Assembly: GCA_040954595.2 (NCBI GenBank)
Contig: CM082576.2
Location: 9,303,129 to 9,367,128 of the forward strand
Reading direction: 5' to 3'
Origin: Balanoglossus misakiensis
Lineage: Eukaryota > Animalia > Hemichordata
Length of the DNA stretch: 64,000 nt
Shown here: positions 1 through 14,200 of the stretch, in pieces
How the letters are laid out: each line of letters begins with the position of its first letter
Numbering within the stretch: position 1 is the stretch's first letter
Program-made: the position numbers and the translations under genes
Notes under the pieces: model-generated
The model's input: the letters and a program-made list of their open reading frames with translations, nothing else
Database searches by the model: none
What the model was told of the DNA's origin: nothing

Positions 1-3000
1 CATCTTCGCAATTGTCGTCAAGGGAATTACAGCAAAAACACAATGACGACTGAAAGCAAATGGATATAAAAGGGAAGAAAACTATGACAGAATGTACATA
101 AAAGTACCATTGGGATATATACTCTTGTTGGCGATAAAGACATTCCCAGCAGCTAAAGTTTGACAGCTAAATCTTCCACCTATTTTATCCAGCACAATGG
201 TACAAATTCATGAATAATTCATGTCCCGCTGCCTCGCGTAGGCAGACCTCCGTTGTGGTGGAAAAACTCCTCATTAGCCAGTATTTCCTTCTCAGACGCA
301 CAAAGTTGGGGAATTTGACATATGCGCTAATATGATCGGTTTCTTCTTACAATGCCCGTCTGAACAAACACTCTGCAGATGTAGCCTAGTTTGAACTAAG
401 GATTACCGAATGATGATGAACAATTGAGACTACGTGTGAACATGCCATTATTAGAGAGAGGGGGACTTCTGTTACAACCCCCAACAAACTTAGGGCAGCA
501 GTTGTTCACCAATATGAAATGTGAATACACATCTCCTTATCCGACAGAACATTTTAGTATTTTTTGTTACCAGAAAACTAGAAAAAAAAGCTTGATATTG
601 TTGACAGCACTGCCAGAGATCGGCGCAAGAAATGGTTTGAGCCAATCAAAACTTGTTGATTATGGGTGGGTTTGTTAGTGCTTCCAGTATTTGACTGAAT
701 CAAATAGGCACTTTGAATGACATGTTTAGGCATCATGATCTGTTCAATGGGCAAACCCAAAAGCTTTGTCCCAATGCTAATTTACAGTAACTGACTAATT
801 ACATTACAAAGTGGACAGTGGCTGCATCCAATGTTGTGGGAGATTACACCACCTCTGGGCGATCTCTCTTACACAAATGGGGCTTGCTTTTTGAAAAAAA
901 GTAAATTTCCCTCATCAGGAAACACAGTGAGACGAAAAAAATTATTCAACATGGCCGTCCTTAAATAAACACAGATCATCCAGCTAATAGAAGTTTACTT
1001 TCAGTAATTGAATACAGTTTAATACCATTGTCTGCAAGAGCTGGTGTTGCTGCCTGTTTTGAAATCAGTTCCTGCATAGACAGTATGTAGTTCCAATGCG
1101 TATGGTTACTGTCATCTGATTGGCTGCGACAAAAAAACAGCGAACACTTGAGGATAGACATGTGCAGACAACATTATTGTCGTCTATTCACAACTGGCAT
1201 TACATACGCTGGCTGCTGCTGAATGTCTGTGCCTGTACGAATTAAGTTGTGACTTTCAGCTCAACGATTTGCATATTTATTTCATTTGGTCTAAATCTGA
1301 TTAAATCCAATGGCCACGTCTCAGACAGTCTGCCCAGAGCTCCATATCTGCATAGGTGAGCAGATGGCCGATCTTCAACACAGCACGCTGTTGACTACAG
1401 CAACGTAATTGCATCCAGCCCCCAAACAGTCCGACAGAAACCAGAGAAATTCAAGTCATGTGCACCAAACAAGTGGAGAATGCTATATACGTGGATGACC
1501 CCTCGCTGAGCTGCAATACGCCACTCTGGCAGTATATGCACACTGCATTCAAACTCACTTGTGTGCAAAAGAAACAGTTAATTTTTTTCTTCATTATGAT
1601 CCATTCAAAATCCAAATCAAAAGGAAGTCTGTCATCCTAAGGAACACAGGCATCAAACACCACACACAATTACCGACTTTGACAGCGTTGAATCTAATTT
1701 TCAGAACGTTGTTCAATTCATAGTATAGAGAAGGAGAATGTGGTTTAATAGAATAATTATTCCATTTTTTCCTTCAAAAATGGCTGTATCATGGATATAA
1801 CAATGGTACCTTTGTACGATATTAAATTGCCTAGGACAGTTTTTTTAATGGATAGGGATGAAAAAGGCTTTGTTACGTGCAACTAAACTGAAGTGTGTTC
1901 AAATACTTCATATGGACAACTACTTGTAATAGACTCCATAGTGCTTACCAAAATAATGACATTACCATACAGGGGGAGTTACTCAACTTGTTTATCATTA
2001 GCTCGAAAAGTACATAAACTGATCATTTATAGGGGCTCACTTTTTTTGTTGGCTGAGTGTTTTATTGGAATCCTAGTCTATGGGAATTCTCACACCAAAT
2101 TGTCAACTCTCTTTGATCTAAATGTAAATCTTAACACTTCAGTCAGCTTTTTATTGTCTAACAGTATAGGTTCAAGTACAGACAAGCTCAGACTTCATTT
2201 AATGGTCACACAGGAAAATTAAACATCCCTCCATGTCTTTATCTCACAGTCAGAACACAATATTATGAAGTCCCCAATATCATTTTTTGCACGGAAATTT
2301 GATTTTTTTTCCAGCTCTGATCACTTTGAACATCGTGTATGCCATGCTGAGGACATGCGTCTTTAAAATCAAAATTTAAGGCTCAGGCAAATTTTCATGG
2401 TAGATCTTTGGAGACTTTCCAGTACTGCTAATTAGATTCATGTAATAGATCACTCTTATTCAGGAGCGGATCCACTTTTTAGTAAGAAATGACAGCTTGT
2501 TTATTTTAGTATAAGATAGATGTACCTGCACAGCTTGCATTATGGGAGGAGACAGCAGGAAATAGTGGACCACATTTATCTCTGTCGCCGATTGTTTCGT
2601 TGATGAAATGACACTCCAAATCAATTGTGAGATGTGCTGTGGCCAATGAAATAATTGAAATGGCTTAATTAAAACCGTGGGTTTTCGGAAACACAACATG
2701 AACATGAAAGAATTAACTTGAACAAATAATTCAAAAGTAGGCTGTCTGCGATGAATGTGCATGGGATCTGATGGCGATCCATCGACACTCCAGTGAGCGT
2801 ACCAGTAATACCTCTTGATCCGTTTCATCATACCGCGACCCTGAAACATGCTTGATGTTGCAGTTTTTTTGGCCATCATTTAGGGATTTTCTATGTGCAA
2901 ACACAGCCATTCCAGTGATCTATGCCTCCACCTGAGACGGCCTGCGCAGCGGGTAGTTGGCCGCCGGAAAAAATATCAATATCCATCCTGAGGCATAACC

Positions 3001-4622
3001 ATGCCACTGATGATGGGCAACAACACACAAGGATGAATGATTCGCTGTCATCTTTAATAACTGGATACATTTCAAGTACACAAACACAATACACCATGCA
3101 GAAGACACTGCTAGCATTCCATCCACAGCATATTTTCAAACGAGAAAAATAAAATATCTGACATGGTGCCGATTTGCTGAAGGTGAAAAACAGCAGGAGT
3201 CCTGACTTGGAGATTTCTATGAATTTACAAGTGTTGCGCAATATCTTGAAGAATACACTTGAGAAATCCACAATGCCATGACGTATGTTTCACGCAGCAA
3301 AAATAAACGTGCCTATCCTGTGACTTAGATAATTCATAACAAGAAAAAAGAGCCCTGCAGCTGAGGAGTTACGATAGATTGAAAAAAAATAATCAATTAA
3401 AAAGTTTATCCTGGCTGTATCAATGGTAGATAAAAAGGCATTTTTTTTGGTTGGCCAAAACAGATTGTATGTACCCCTGAGGTAATTTCTCCTCCCATCT
3501 ACTTGGTTTGTTTATCGCCTGCAGGATGAGGTCAAGGAGACACGGTGATTATTCAAAGGATTGAGGGAAAGTTTCTTCAGAATGTTCTCATAGTCATAGT
3601 CGGGTGTTTCTTAACAGTGTTCGCAGGCCTTCACACTTGAAACTGGGTCACAGGATGTCCCAATCAAAACCCGAACGTCTGAAAAGATGTAAGGTTTTCC
3701 GTATGTGGACACTCACAAAGGGATACCAGCAACTGTAGCCAAATCCTGACTGTTGCAACAACACATGTTACTTTGTCGCAGTCGCGATAACAGGCTCCCT
3801 TCGAAGCGCCAAACTATTTCTCCTAATTAGCGCTATATAAACGAGAAACGGGGTTAAAAAGACCACTTTAGGTGACCAGACCCTTTGCCCTTGAGGGGTG
3901 ACAAAAGGAAAACAGCCACATGTGACCCAAAACATTTTTTTCTAAATAGATGCAACAGACTTTAACACTGGTGAGATTACGAATGCGCCCCTCCCCCGAG
4001 TGGATTGCCAGAGTTGTACACATCATTGTAGTGGCAACCACCGGTGACTATAGTCCACAACAAAAGAGCTCGAGTTACTTCCAGGCTATGAATTTGTGAT
4101 GGCTTCTCATCAATGCAATGTCAAATGCTCCCTTCGAATCAAGGTTATACTAGTACCCCTAACCTCAATACCTTCCATGCTTCCGATTCTTAATTAATTG
4201 TTCTGACCGTGTACAGTACACACAAAGGGACAATTAAATCCAGGTAAAACAAATAACGGCATTGTTACTGAAGCTGGGCAATAAAAGCTAAATTGACAGT
4301 GGCATTCAACTATACAAACAGACCAGTATTTACAACAAGAATCTATTACTTCATGTCATCACCAACAACATTCTGATCAGAGCTATCAACGTTCAAGTAG
4401 ATGTGATTTCGATTCCTCCTTCCAGAAACTGTAAAGCAATTAAATTTCAAGTGACTTCTGACTAAGACTTCTACACATAATTAATTATTATAGTACGACT
4501 GTTTAAACCCTTAACATGAAGTTCAGTTTTGTATCTGCAGTATTCCTCAACTTGAATGTCAACCTATGAGCCCCTTGCAGATAAAAACTACCACAGTTCT
4601 CCACACGGCAGAAAATGGTTAC

Positions 4623-4775
4623 CTGTTGTGACAACCCTTTCTCTGTCTCCCTGGCAAGGCTCGATTTACATACAGCCGTAGAGCACCGATCGCACAGCTC
4701 CGACACTCTCACTTTTCGGGAGTCAAAGTTCACAAGAACCTGAATGCCTACAGAGTCTGACTGCTTTCCACTCAT
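4623..4775 (-). CDS. Candidate alternative first coding exon of KIF26 (51 codons, contains CDRCST)
   Basis: ATG at 4775, open frame to a CAG|GTAACC donor in phase 0, CpG-rich surroundings (about 4660-5020), and a CxxC motif like that of exon 2. Confidence 0.35.
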
Positions 4776-7700
4776 GTCGCCAGTGTGTGTGTGAGAGCTA
4801 ATCAACTGTCCTCCGCTATATGATAAGAGAGCGATTTTCACGACACTGTCCGATCGGAACGAACGTGTTTATCGTTGATTATCAACAGTTACAGGCGTAA
4901 ACAGGAGTGCCACAGGTATCGACATACTTGGGCTCATTGAAGACATTGCCTGTATCACCAGAACGTACATAAATCCAACGCCACAAAAGGCGGTTCTGCT
5001 GCGGCGATAAATCTCGCCAGTTAATGATGTCTAAGTGGCAGCATGTGTGTCATAAACCCGCAAATGATGTGTGTAATTTACAGTGGCTTTTCTTGACCAG
5101 GATGAATGGTCGGAGTAAATACGGGGGTTCACACTGGACAGTTTACGACGGTGTAACACCGGTGCTGGGCCTGGGCTGGCGTAAAATGACCAATGTGGAC
5201 ATGCTGCGTCGGCCTTGGGGTGACCTGGTAGGAAGGGGAGTTTTTGGTTGACTTAAAAGTACGGTGGATACAAAATTTCGGTCGGCCAAAGTATACCAGT
5301 ATAGTGTGGACGCAGCCCAAAGCTATTCCCAAAGACCAGTCACTTTATGTCGCCCTAACTTTCAGTCGGATTGACGAATGTGAACAACGTTAATGTCAGA
5401 AAGAAACTTGGATGCACTCAAACTCTCCCCACTATTCCCACCTTTAGTGGGTGTATGTGATATATAACTACAACTTTTGCGGTGTAATATTTCAAGCCCT
5501 GAGCGGTGGAGCTTCACACGGGGAGTTGTGACAAAACCTGCCATGCAGCACCTATGGTATTTACAGACAACACCTCTGGTGTGTATCATTTTTGACTGCA
5601 GCCACAGATTAGCTCATCCATCTCTAAATTGCTCACAATGGATGTGGTTTTCCCTTTTCAAGACATCGAGATAAAAACGTACCTTTGAAAAGGGAACGCT
5701 AGACCCAGACTCGGAATGTAAGTGTCTTTGTTTTCTTGCACTTTTCTTTTTTTTTTTACGTCACCAAGAAACACAGACGAGGGTATACCCAATTTCATTT
5801 GAATAAATCCAGACGTTGGAATGTGGCAGAGCACTTTCTTTGAGCTAAATCTTGTGTAAAACCCTGGCTGAGTTAATGGAGGCTGGAGACGAACATGTTG
5901 GCAGTTTCTCCCATTTCATCTAAAATCCAACAAAGAACTTTAAATACATCAGACTTTGGGGGCCTATCGGACCGCAGGAAGCGTTTGGAAGGCTCGGGAG
6001 TCGCAAGTTCACAACCTAAGCCGGAATGGAGAACAATCTTGAAAAGAAAGTGGCACGCATTGCCTCACGTTTGCGGGAAATACCTAGACCGGACTTCAAT
6101 TTCTCCCACATTACTTTGCCGACTAAGCAGAAAGCAGAAAATACTTTGGCTTCAAGTTAGCATGTACTTCCCTTATTGCGTGAAGAATTCGCGGGATGAA
6201 TGCACTGCAAGGCAGCATTACAAACGGCACAATGGACGCTTAATTGAACTCCCAGATTGGGTAGAGATTTATTGGCCTTCTTAGGTTGCAGTGTCCTTTT
6301 TCCATGGAAACTGACAAGCCCTTTTAGGGACTTTTCACAGTTCACTTCTATAAATATACCGCTACTCCAGACTGTTTTAAGATGAAATGTCTGAGTGTTT
6401 GACATTCCTGTACCTGAATCAGTCGGTTCCCCCCACCCTCCACCCAAACAACATAATATCCAAACGTTTTTTTATGGAAGTTTTCCCCAACTATCTTTTC
6501 ATGGCCGCTATTACACCATGCCCTTTTGTTTGAACCATGAGGGTTACTCAGTGCAATCTGACAGTCTGCGCAGATAATTTAAACGATACAAAAGATTATT
6601 GAATTTAAACTTGTGTCAACTAGCGATAAAGAAAGAATTATTTGTTCTGGAAACACGATAACCCATTAATCTGGATGTAAGACGCTATGACATAATTGAG
6701 GACAACGACTTCTAGAATATCGATGTTATATATGTAGTACACAAGGCTGATGGATTTTCACAGCGATATCACTTTGCAATTGTCCACAGTATCAACCGTC
6801 ACAAGAACGTCAGATGCAAAGGTTTTTTGAAGTTGTTCTGATCTCTTTTTAAAGGAGCATTTCACTTCCCCCCTCCAAAACTGACAACAATGACACTTCA
6901 AGCAGTTTTACAAATATATGCAGTCAAACAGTACACTTTTGACAGACTCACTGTTAATGCCAAGAAACGTGTTTGGAATTTTGCAGAAAATCACTCGAAT
7001 TGACGTAACCCAAAAATAGGTCAAATCAATAAGCGTTCTTTTCATTGTGGCGCATCCACTTCAAGAAAGATATCCAATTGTCTGACGATATTCTCTTCGC
7101 CTAAAAACAGCTGTTATTACAGCAATCAGAAATGCCACCGCTAATCTCATTTTTTTCGGCTTTTCACTTTAAAAGCAGTTGTTGAATTCCATTCTGGTCA
7201 GATTCCGGTTACAGTACAAAATACGGGGCTACAGACAGCTAACAGACAGAACTTTAGTCCTTCTTTAATGCACGGTCTGTCCTTTTGTCAGGCACTAGAG
7301 AAATCTTAAGTCCTTTTTTTTTCACCGGGGCTTAAAGGAATTCTTTCCTAAAGAGATTTACAGAGAGACAAGCACAAAGCGACTGATAGTGAGAAAACCC
7401 AGACGATTATTAAATAGTAGATTTTCATTTGCAGACAATGCCTCTCTTTGGAGTATTTGCTTTTGGCTTTAGCACATATCTTGAAATCTGATTTAGCCCC
7501 TGTTGATGCGGAGAAGTCAGACGGCTAAATTGGAGTGCAAAACGCCGCGAGCCACTCGCTTTGCAAAATGTTTGCGAGGGTAACACACACAGGCTTTGGC
7601 CCCTCTCATCCGAACTGTACACAACAGGGAAAATCATGGTTCCAGGCTGATGGCCAGCTGATACAATGGTCTTGTAAAACAAGTTCAAAACACTTCAAAC

Positions 7701-8864
7701 TTTTAAATCGCAACATAATAAACACCCCCTGTAGGGACTTCTACCCTGTTCGGGTGGTGTACACAGCCTGAAACCCTTTCTCGACGGCGAGGAAATCGTA
7801 AATGGACGTAACCACTGCCTAGCCTGGTTGCTACTGGCAGATTGATCAACAAGTGTCAGAAAAACAATGAGCTCCTTAATTAGGCCTTTGTTGCTGCAGA
7901 AATTATCCAATTTTGAGATTTGGCCACCTGCGACAACACCAAGGTGAAAATCCCAATGCAAGAGCCGCTAGTACTTACAAGAATGGGCACACAATCGCAA
8001 GTGACACACAAAAACGTCAAAGAGGTGATGGACTACTTGAGATGCAGAGTGTCACTTTTGACCATTCTGCCAAGGCAGACAAAACACTGAGGTCACACAG
8101 AGGTGCACGCAGCAAACCGAAGAGAGAGAAAAAAAATTGTGGGCGGTGCTTGAGGTTATTACTGAAGAGTTATGATCTGTTAGCACCTGAGATGCGCGAC
8201 CTATTGGCCACCACTTCAAACAGAATTTGCCGGAGGCCATTAATCCCAAGGTGAAATTACTGTCCTGCTGAAGAAAACTTGGCAGATAGTGCAAGTCGAA
8301 TGTCGCTCAAATGAAAAATAATATTTAGAACAAGAATCCATCGTTTTCTTTTCTCTAGCCACTTGAAAGTGCCATGTAAGCAATTACTGCGGAAACACTT
8401 CCACAGAAAGTTCTCACAAAGTTCACAAAACATGATCAAGTTTTGTGGCCAGAGGTACACCAAACAGCTGTTTGCCCCACAGGTATATTTAGCCCCTGAC
8501 ATTTCTATTTTGGGTAACACACTATTAGACATTTATGAGCTAAACGCTGTATTTTACACACATTTACCGCGGCAATACACTTCACTTAAGTTGCTGTAAA
8601 GACATTTTACAAGCACTTCAGACCCAGTCAGTGACACACAGTATCGTTTTGGCTCCCGACAGAAAGTACAGCTTGCACCCCGACTCTGACACCTCAACTT
8701 GTTCAACCATGTCAGGTACTAGAACCATGCAGAGACAGTGGGAACACAAACCCACAGTCTATCTCCAAGATCTGAACACTGAACACTTTGTTTTTTCGTC
8801 TTCTTCAATTGGCAATTGCCTTGGCTACCTTGCCCAGTTTTCACCTTACATTACTGACACTCAC

Positions 8865-8912
8865 CTGGAGCTGAGGGTCAGCCAAGCTTACAGGACAAAT
8901 GTTGACAATCAT
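8865..8912 (-). CDS. Candidate alternative first coding exon (MIVNICPVSLADPQLQ)
   Basis: ACAATG start and a perfect consensus CAG|GTGAGT donor in phase 0. It is short, so chance is plausible. Confidence 0.22.
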
Positions 8913-11046
8913 TGTTGAGATAAAGAGGAAATCACTGAACAAACAGGCTGGTGTCTAGAGCAGGAACTCTACACGGAGACAACAACCATACCAAGGTACC
9001 ACCAAAAAAAATACTTGCGGAAGAGACAAAACGCCCACTGCAACGGCCGCAACGAGACACTGACACCCTTGGTTAGCAAGAATACACACCTTGGGCTATT
9101 TGCTCTAATTCCTTAATGAATGGGGAGGGGCAATCTCAGCTGCAAAGACAAGCGGATGATTAAAAAGTGCCAGATGTTTTATCAACCAACCACTCAAATA
9201 GTGGCACACATCTCATGAGGATGGAGAACGTTTTTTTTATGTTTAATTAGCCGACTTTCCCCAACAATCAGCACAACCCCCCCCCCCTTTCTCACCTACA
9301 ATACCAATTCTCAAACCGTGACATGTATACCTTCTCCTCTTGAACTTTTACCTAGTCAATGCAGACACTTTCTGTTCCTGTGCGTAATGTAATACGGGCC
9401 CGGACTGTTTGGGGCGCGTAACAAGAGAAAGGACAGACTGCAGTGGGTGACCACACACTGAAACGACACGTTCTCCTGCTTGGCTTAAAGCTCTCCTACC
9501 TATTACATCAAATTTCCCATGACTTGTACTTTCAATGGCTGTTATTCTTTCCCCTTGCTAACTTTCTATGTTTCGCATTGTGTCGGGCAAGGTATAGCAT
9601 GGCAAGGTGCAACAATGCCAAGCAAAGCATGAAACGGTTGAGTTTCTTCAGTTACCGGCACCGGGGGTATTTTTCTTCGGCCACATGCGGCGTCTAGTTC
9701 TATTTCAATTTACGGGCACTCCTGCAAAGGCCTGAATGGGGCCGGTGCGGCTTTCTCCTTTTTTTGAGAAAAACTCAAATACCAGAACAGCCGGTGCTGC
9801 GGTGACCACTGAATGGGGGCAGATTTACTTAACTCAAATATTCCGGCATAACCGCAAGTTTTGCGGGGCTTGAATGGATTGGAAAAGGGGTGAATTGCGA
9901 TACGCTTTAAGCATCCGGGCTGCGTGTTTGAGAAAGGCATTACGCGTAAGTGCATTTAAACCGCACGCTATGAATATATCCCGACGGAACTCTCCACAAA
10001 GTTGACTCAATGTGCCTTCTGCTCAGATTGCAGCGCAACACACCGCTGGCACTGTCGCTTTACGTATGAAATAATAAGAAAGATATGGTACGTGCGTGTG
10101 GCAATATTTGGAAACATGCCATGTCACTGCGTCACTCCCCCCCCCCCCTACTTGGAAAAAGAAATCAGAACACTAGCATTGGTCCCCAGCAAAGCAATTT
10201 GCAACTTTTCAAAATAACTCAATTATCCCAAAAATCACTACCTTGACCAATTACATATGTCGCACACTAATTTAAAGTTCCACAAGAGGGCAGTATTGCA
10301 GCGAAAGAAACCATCACACATTGTACTTTCTGTTATGATGGATTGGCAGTACAATATCAATATTTTCTTTGCTCCTCACCTTGGAGGCATCAATATTTTT
10401 CCAAGATTCAACTATATTTACGCTCAGCAGATTAAAACCAAATTACCGGGATTACTGAGCCTTGATGAGAAAGACCTTCCCAAGAAGGCCAGATTTCTCA
10501 CCAGTAATAACACTTGACAGCACAATTATACTGGCGTATTTTCACCCTCATTCTGAACGTCATTCAACACTTTGGAAATTAATAGCCGATGAAAGTGAAC
10601 CCTTTACGTCTTTCTTCATTTCGCTCTGGCCAACTAATGAAAGGTCCACAGCAACGATGGCCACATTTATTAACAGTATCTACTACACTTTATGCGCCAC
10701 TTAATAGTTACATGAGCCCTGCTATTCATTTTTATATCCTGTCAGACTGCCAACTCTTCAGACACTCAGACTCTTGACAACATGCATGTCATAATACAGA
10801 TTCCAGTAGCAGAATAATCTCTGATATGTGAGCAGTATCACTTATCACTGTATCTCGAGACAGTTTGATATGATAAGAGCCACGATATGTCTTCAAATTG
10901 AATTTGCAAAGAGTTCCTTGCCAGTGTCTCTAAAGATAAATCCTGTGCCTTGCACCGTCTATCATTAAATATTCACCCTCTTCCCCCTCCCCCCCAAAAA
11001 AAAATAATCACTGTATGTGCCACTTTCAAGGTTCTGAAAATCTTAC

Positions 11047-11238
11047 CCCTCCTTGTCGCACACATCCTGAAGTCAGCGGCCATGAATTGTACGCCTTGGT
11101 TGAATAGGATAAGAACTTCTTGCGGAGGAACTGTCTGGTGGCCGGGTCATCCCACAGGTAGGGTATATTCTCGAAAATGCTCCTGTACAGAGTGAACTCG
11201 GGATCACCAATGTAACAGTGACTCTGACAGCCTTCCAT
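11047..11238 (-). CDS. Candidate alternative first coding exon of KIF26 (64 codons)
   Basis: Strong Kozak ACCATGG, open frame MEGCQSHCYIGDPEFTLYRSIFENIPYLWDDP..., GGG|GTAAGA donor in phase 0, and a CpG-rich patch directly upstream (about 11260-11400). No homology recognised. Confidence 0.4.
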
Positions 11239-14200
11239 GGTGATGATGACACGGTTATCTGTGCGAGCGCGAGATGTACGTCTTGTCGCACCAGAGGCCG
11301 AGTATCAACACAGAGTGGCAGTCGGAGCGACCACAGGGGGCTGTGCAGAGCGTACGACCACTGACAGGCGAGAGAGCGCTGGCCCAACTAATCACGTTGT
11401 GAGGTGCATTCATGTAAATCAAATCTGATGATTGATAGGTGTACAAATACGACCCGCTAGCAAGACCTGCAACTGACACTCGGCACCATGGGGCACTCTA
11501 CACGCTATCAGAGTTATTGAGACTTGTTGACACAGGGCTCCACTAAAGTGTAATTTGGCCAAGGGAGGACAGCAGTGTTACGCTTTGGGGTACACGCCAA
11601 TTCTTAATGGCACATAACAGTCCCCACCAGTATACTGCACCCTTTATATGGTTACTATTAATATTAATATGCAACATTATTATTTTCATGACGTCAGTGT
11701 CCTGCAGTACCCGTCCTTCTCACACAGACCTTGCTATGCTGCACCGAATGAAAGGAATCCCACACGAGAGTTATGGCAGTACTTGGGTATTTGAGATCAT
11801 ACTTGGCATATGATCTAACTATTTGAACCATGAGGTCATGATAGGCAGCATTAAATATTTAATAGCTCTTCTGAGCCTGATTTTTTTTTGACGGCTTCTA
11901 TTTTGTCCATTCTCAAGAAGCGTAGTATTTCTTTTGGGGTTTGGAGAACTCCCGTAAATGGTTCAGTGTTCAGACAAATCACTACCTGTTAAACTACATG
12001 TAACCGAAGACAAAGTCAACAATTCAAACGCTTTGGGAATTTTAGGACAGGACAAAAGTATTTTATCAACATGACTGTGTACTTCGATACCTGTGCGGTA
12101 TCCCTGCAGACAAACCAATCTTCGTGTCTGTCTACATGTACAAAGTAATGGGTGGTCGCCCAGACTTGAGAAAGAATTACCCAAAACAAAAACTTTTGGG
12201 ATCATGCTTACATCATGATGGAAAGATGTAATACTACAAGTCATGCATGCACCGTAGATCGATCGTACAGGGAACTGATACTAAAAGACTGAGACAAAAC
12301 TGACGGTGGCACTTAAAATATCCAGTGGGGCTTGTATCCACAGGCAGACAACGGCATTAGAACAGCTCAGTATCGAAATCAAAATATTGTTTTTTCCTCT
12401 TTTAAAACTTTGTTTTCACAAAGTCATTGTGTTCAGTTGTTTTCGAAGAAATGGTATGTGCTTGATACCTGTGTCACTTCCACGGGCACTGGACCACCCA
12501 ATGACCTTCTAAATTTTTCCTTTCATAAGGGACATGCTACAAATAGTTTGACAGATTGTCCACTAGACGGAAACCTCATTATTTTGCTTTGAGTAAAATT
12601 GAGCATCTAACCCTCATACTTCAAAAATAATCACAGCAAAATTTCAAATAAGTGAGTGATTATCCAACTTCATTCTTCAATTAATTTTCAAAACATTATA
12701 AGACTGAGTTACAGAACACATCCACGTGATTAAAATGTCAGACAGCTGTTGCACTGAGAATGCCCAGGTGTCCCAGAAAATATCCAGTAATGAACTGTGA
12801 GGGCGCTTGTGCTAGATTGTGATCTGCACGCTGGTGTATTCTGCTAGCTTGCTTTCAAAAACATTGTGTGTGGCAACACATGACTTGTTGACCTGCGGAA
12901 AACTGGCTGTGTTGGGATACTAAAGAAAATGTACTTGACACACAAAACAAAAATACTGAAAGTATAGCCAGTGCCCCCCCCCCCCCTTAATCAAGTTAAT
13001 GCATTAATACAAAAGAATGAGAAGTTCCCTAATTAAAACACATTTTGGTTAGTCTAGCTGCACACAGATGTACTAATAGTTCATCCACCATGTCCACAGT
13101 CTACATTTCACACTCAAAACACTTACTTTGTCATTTTTTTCAAGACCCTGTCCTCAGCTGAACTCCCTTGATGTCAAGTGTCAAAAGGTCAAGGGTTAAA
13201 GTTTAGACTGTACCACTTTCCCGGGGGCTGGATAAGGCTACGCAATATGCAGTTGACGTTCATTATTTCTTGAGTCATAAACTGGTTTTTTTGTGGAATT
13301 GTACCTCTAAATTCGATTTTATTTGCCTAAAGATCAAACTTTAAATTAATTATTGCTTACACACACATTACACGAGGTTCCTCACCGGTGCATGGCGAAC
13401 GTGGGTGACAAGAAACAATAATGGTATCGCTCTAGAGCCAAGAAATAACAAACAGATTTACAGGAAGTTGATTTCAGATCAGCAGACGACGCGACAGTGG
13501 GTCCGGCCGGCGAGACGATCATCGAGGCCTTCTCGCAAAATTCACAAAACATGACCAAAACTGTACTCTGGTAAGATTTAGGTGCTAGGTTAGACCTTCG
13601 GTCAGAGCTAGAGGGCGACAAAGTAGTCGTCTCTTCACATTTTCATTTGAATTTTACATTTACGTGCATGCCATGCAGAAAGTAATAAGTGCAGACGACG
13701 GAAGTTGCATGTTCTTCTTCATGGAATTACACACAGTCGAATTACCTGTCAAACTTTTGCACGATTAAATCAACTATGACAACAAACATTTAGCATCATG
13801 TGTTTTTGTCTGAAAAACAAAGTCATCCACACGTTTGAAGTGCCAGACGGATTGCAGTCAGATTTGCTGGATTGTCAAGCCGAAAAGCACATTTCAAACT
13901 GTGAGGGCGACATACTGACTGCTGTTGGTTTCTATCTGCCAGTACGAGTTGTCAGAGAGATGTTATCACATACTTGGTGGAACTTTTAATACCGAGGTTG
14001 TTTATTTGCTAATACCACTTGGGACATTTCAATCATCAAAATGGCAAACATGACTCATCAACTTCTCTGCATTCAAAATGTGGACTGTAAATTCTAAGTA
14101 AATGGTGGGGGACGGGGGAATCAGGTGGTTCACAAATAAAGGATGCCAACATTGCAACAATATGCATCACAGGGCAGACATATTCTATACAATAATTCAG

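Noticed and set aside
13382-13552. MFCEFCEK... ORF as a coding alternative first exon
   Set aside because: Available donors are phase 1 (weak) or phase 2, incompatible with the phase-0 junction after exon 2. The region is retained only as a CpG-rich regulatory candidate.
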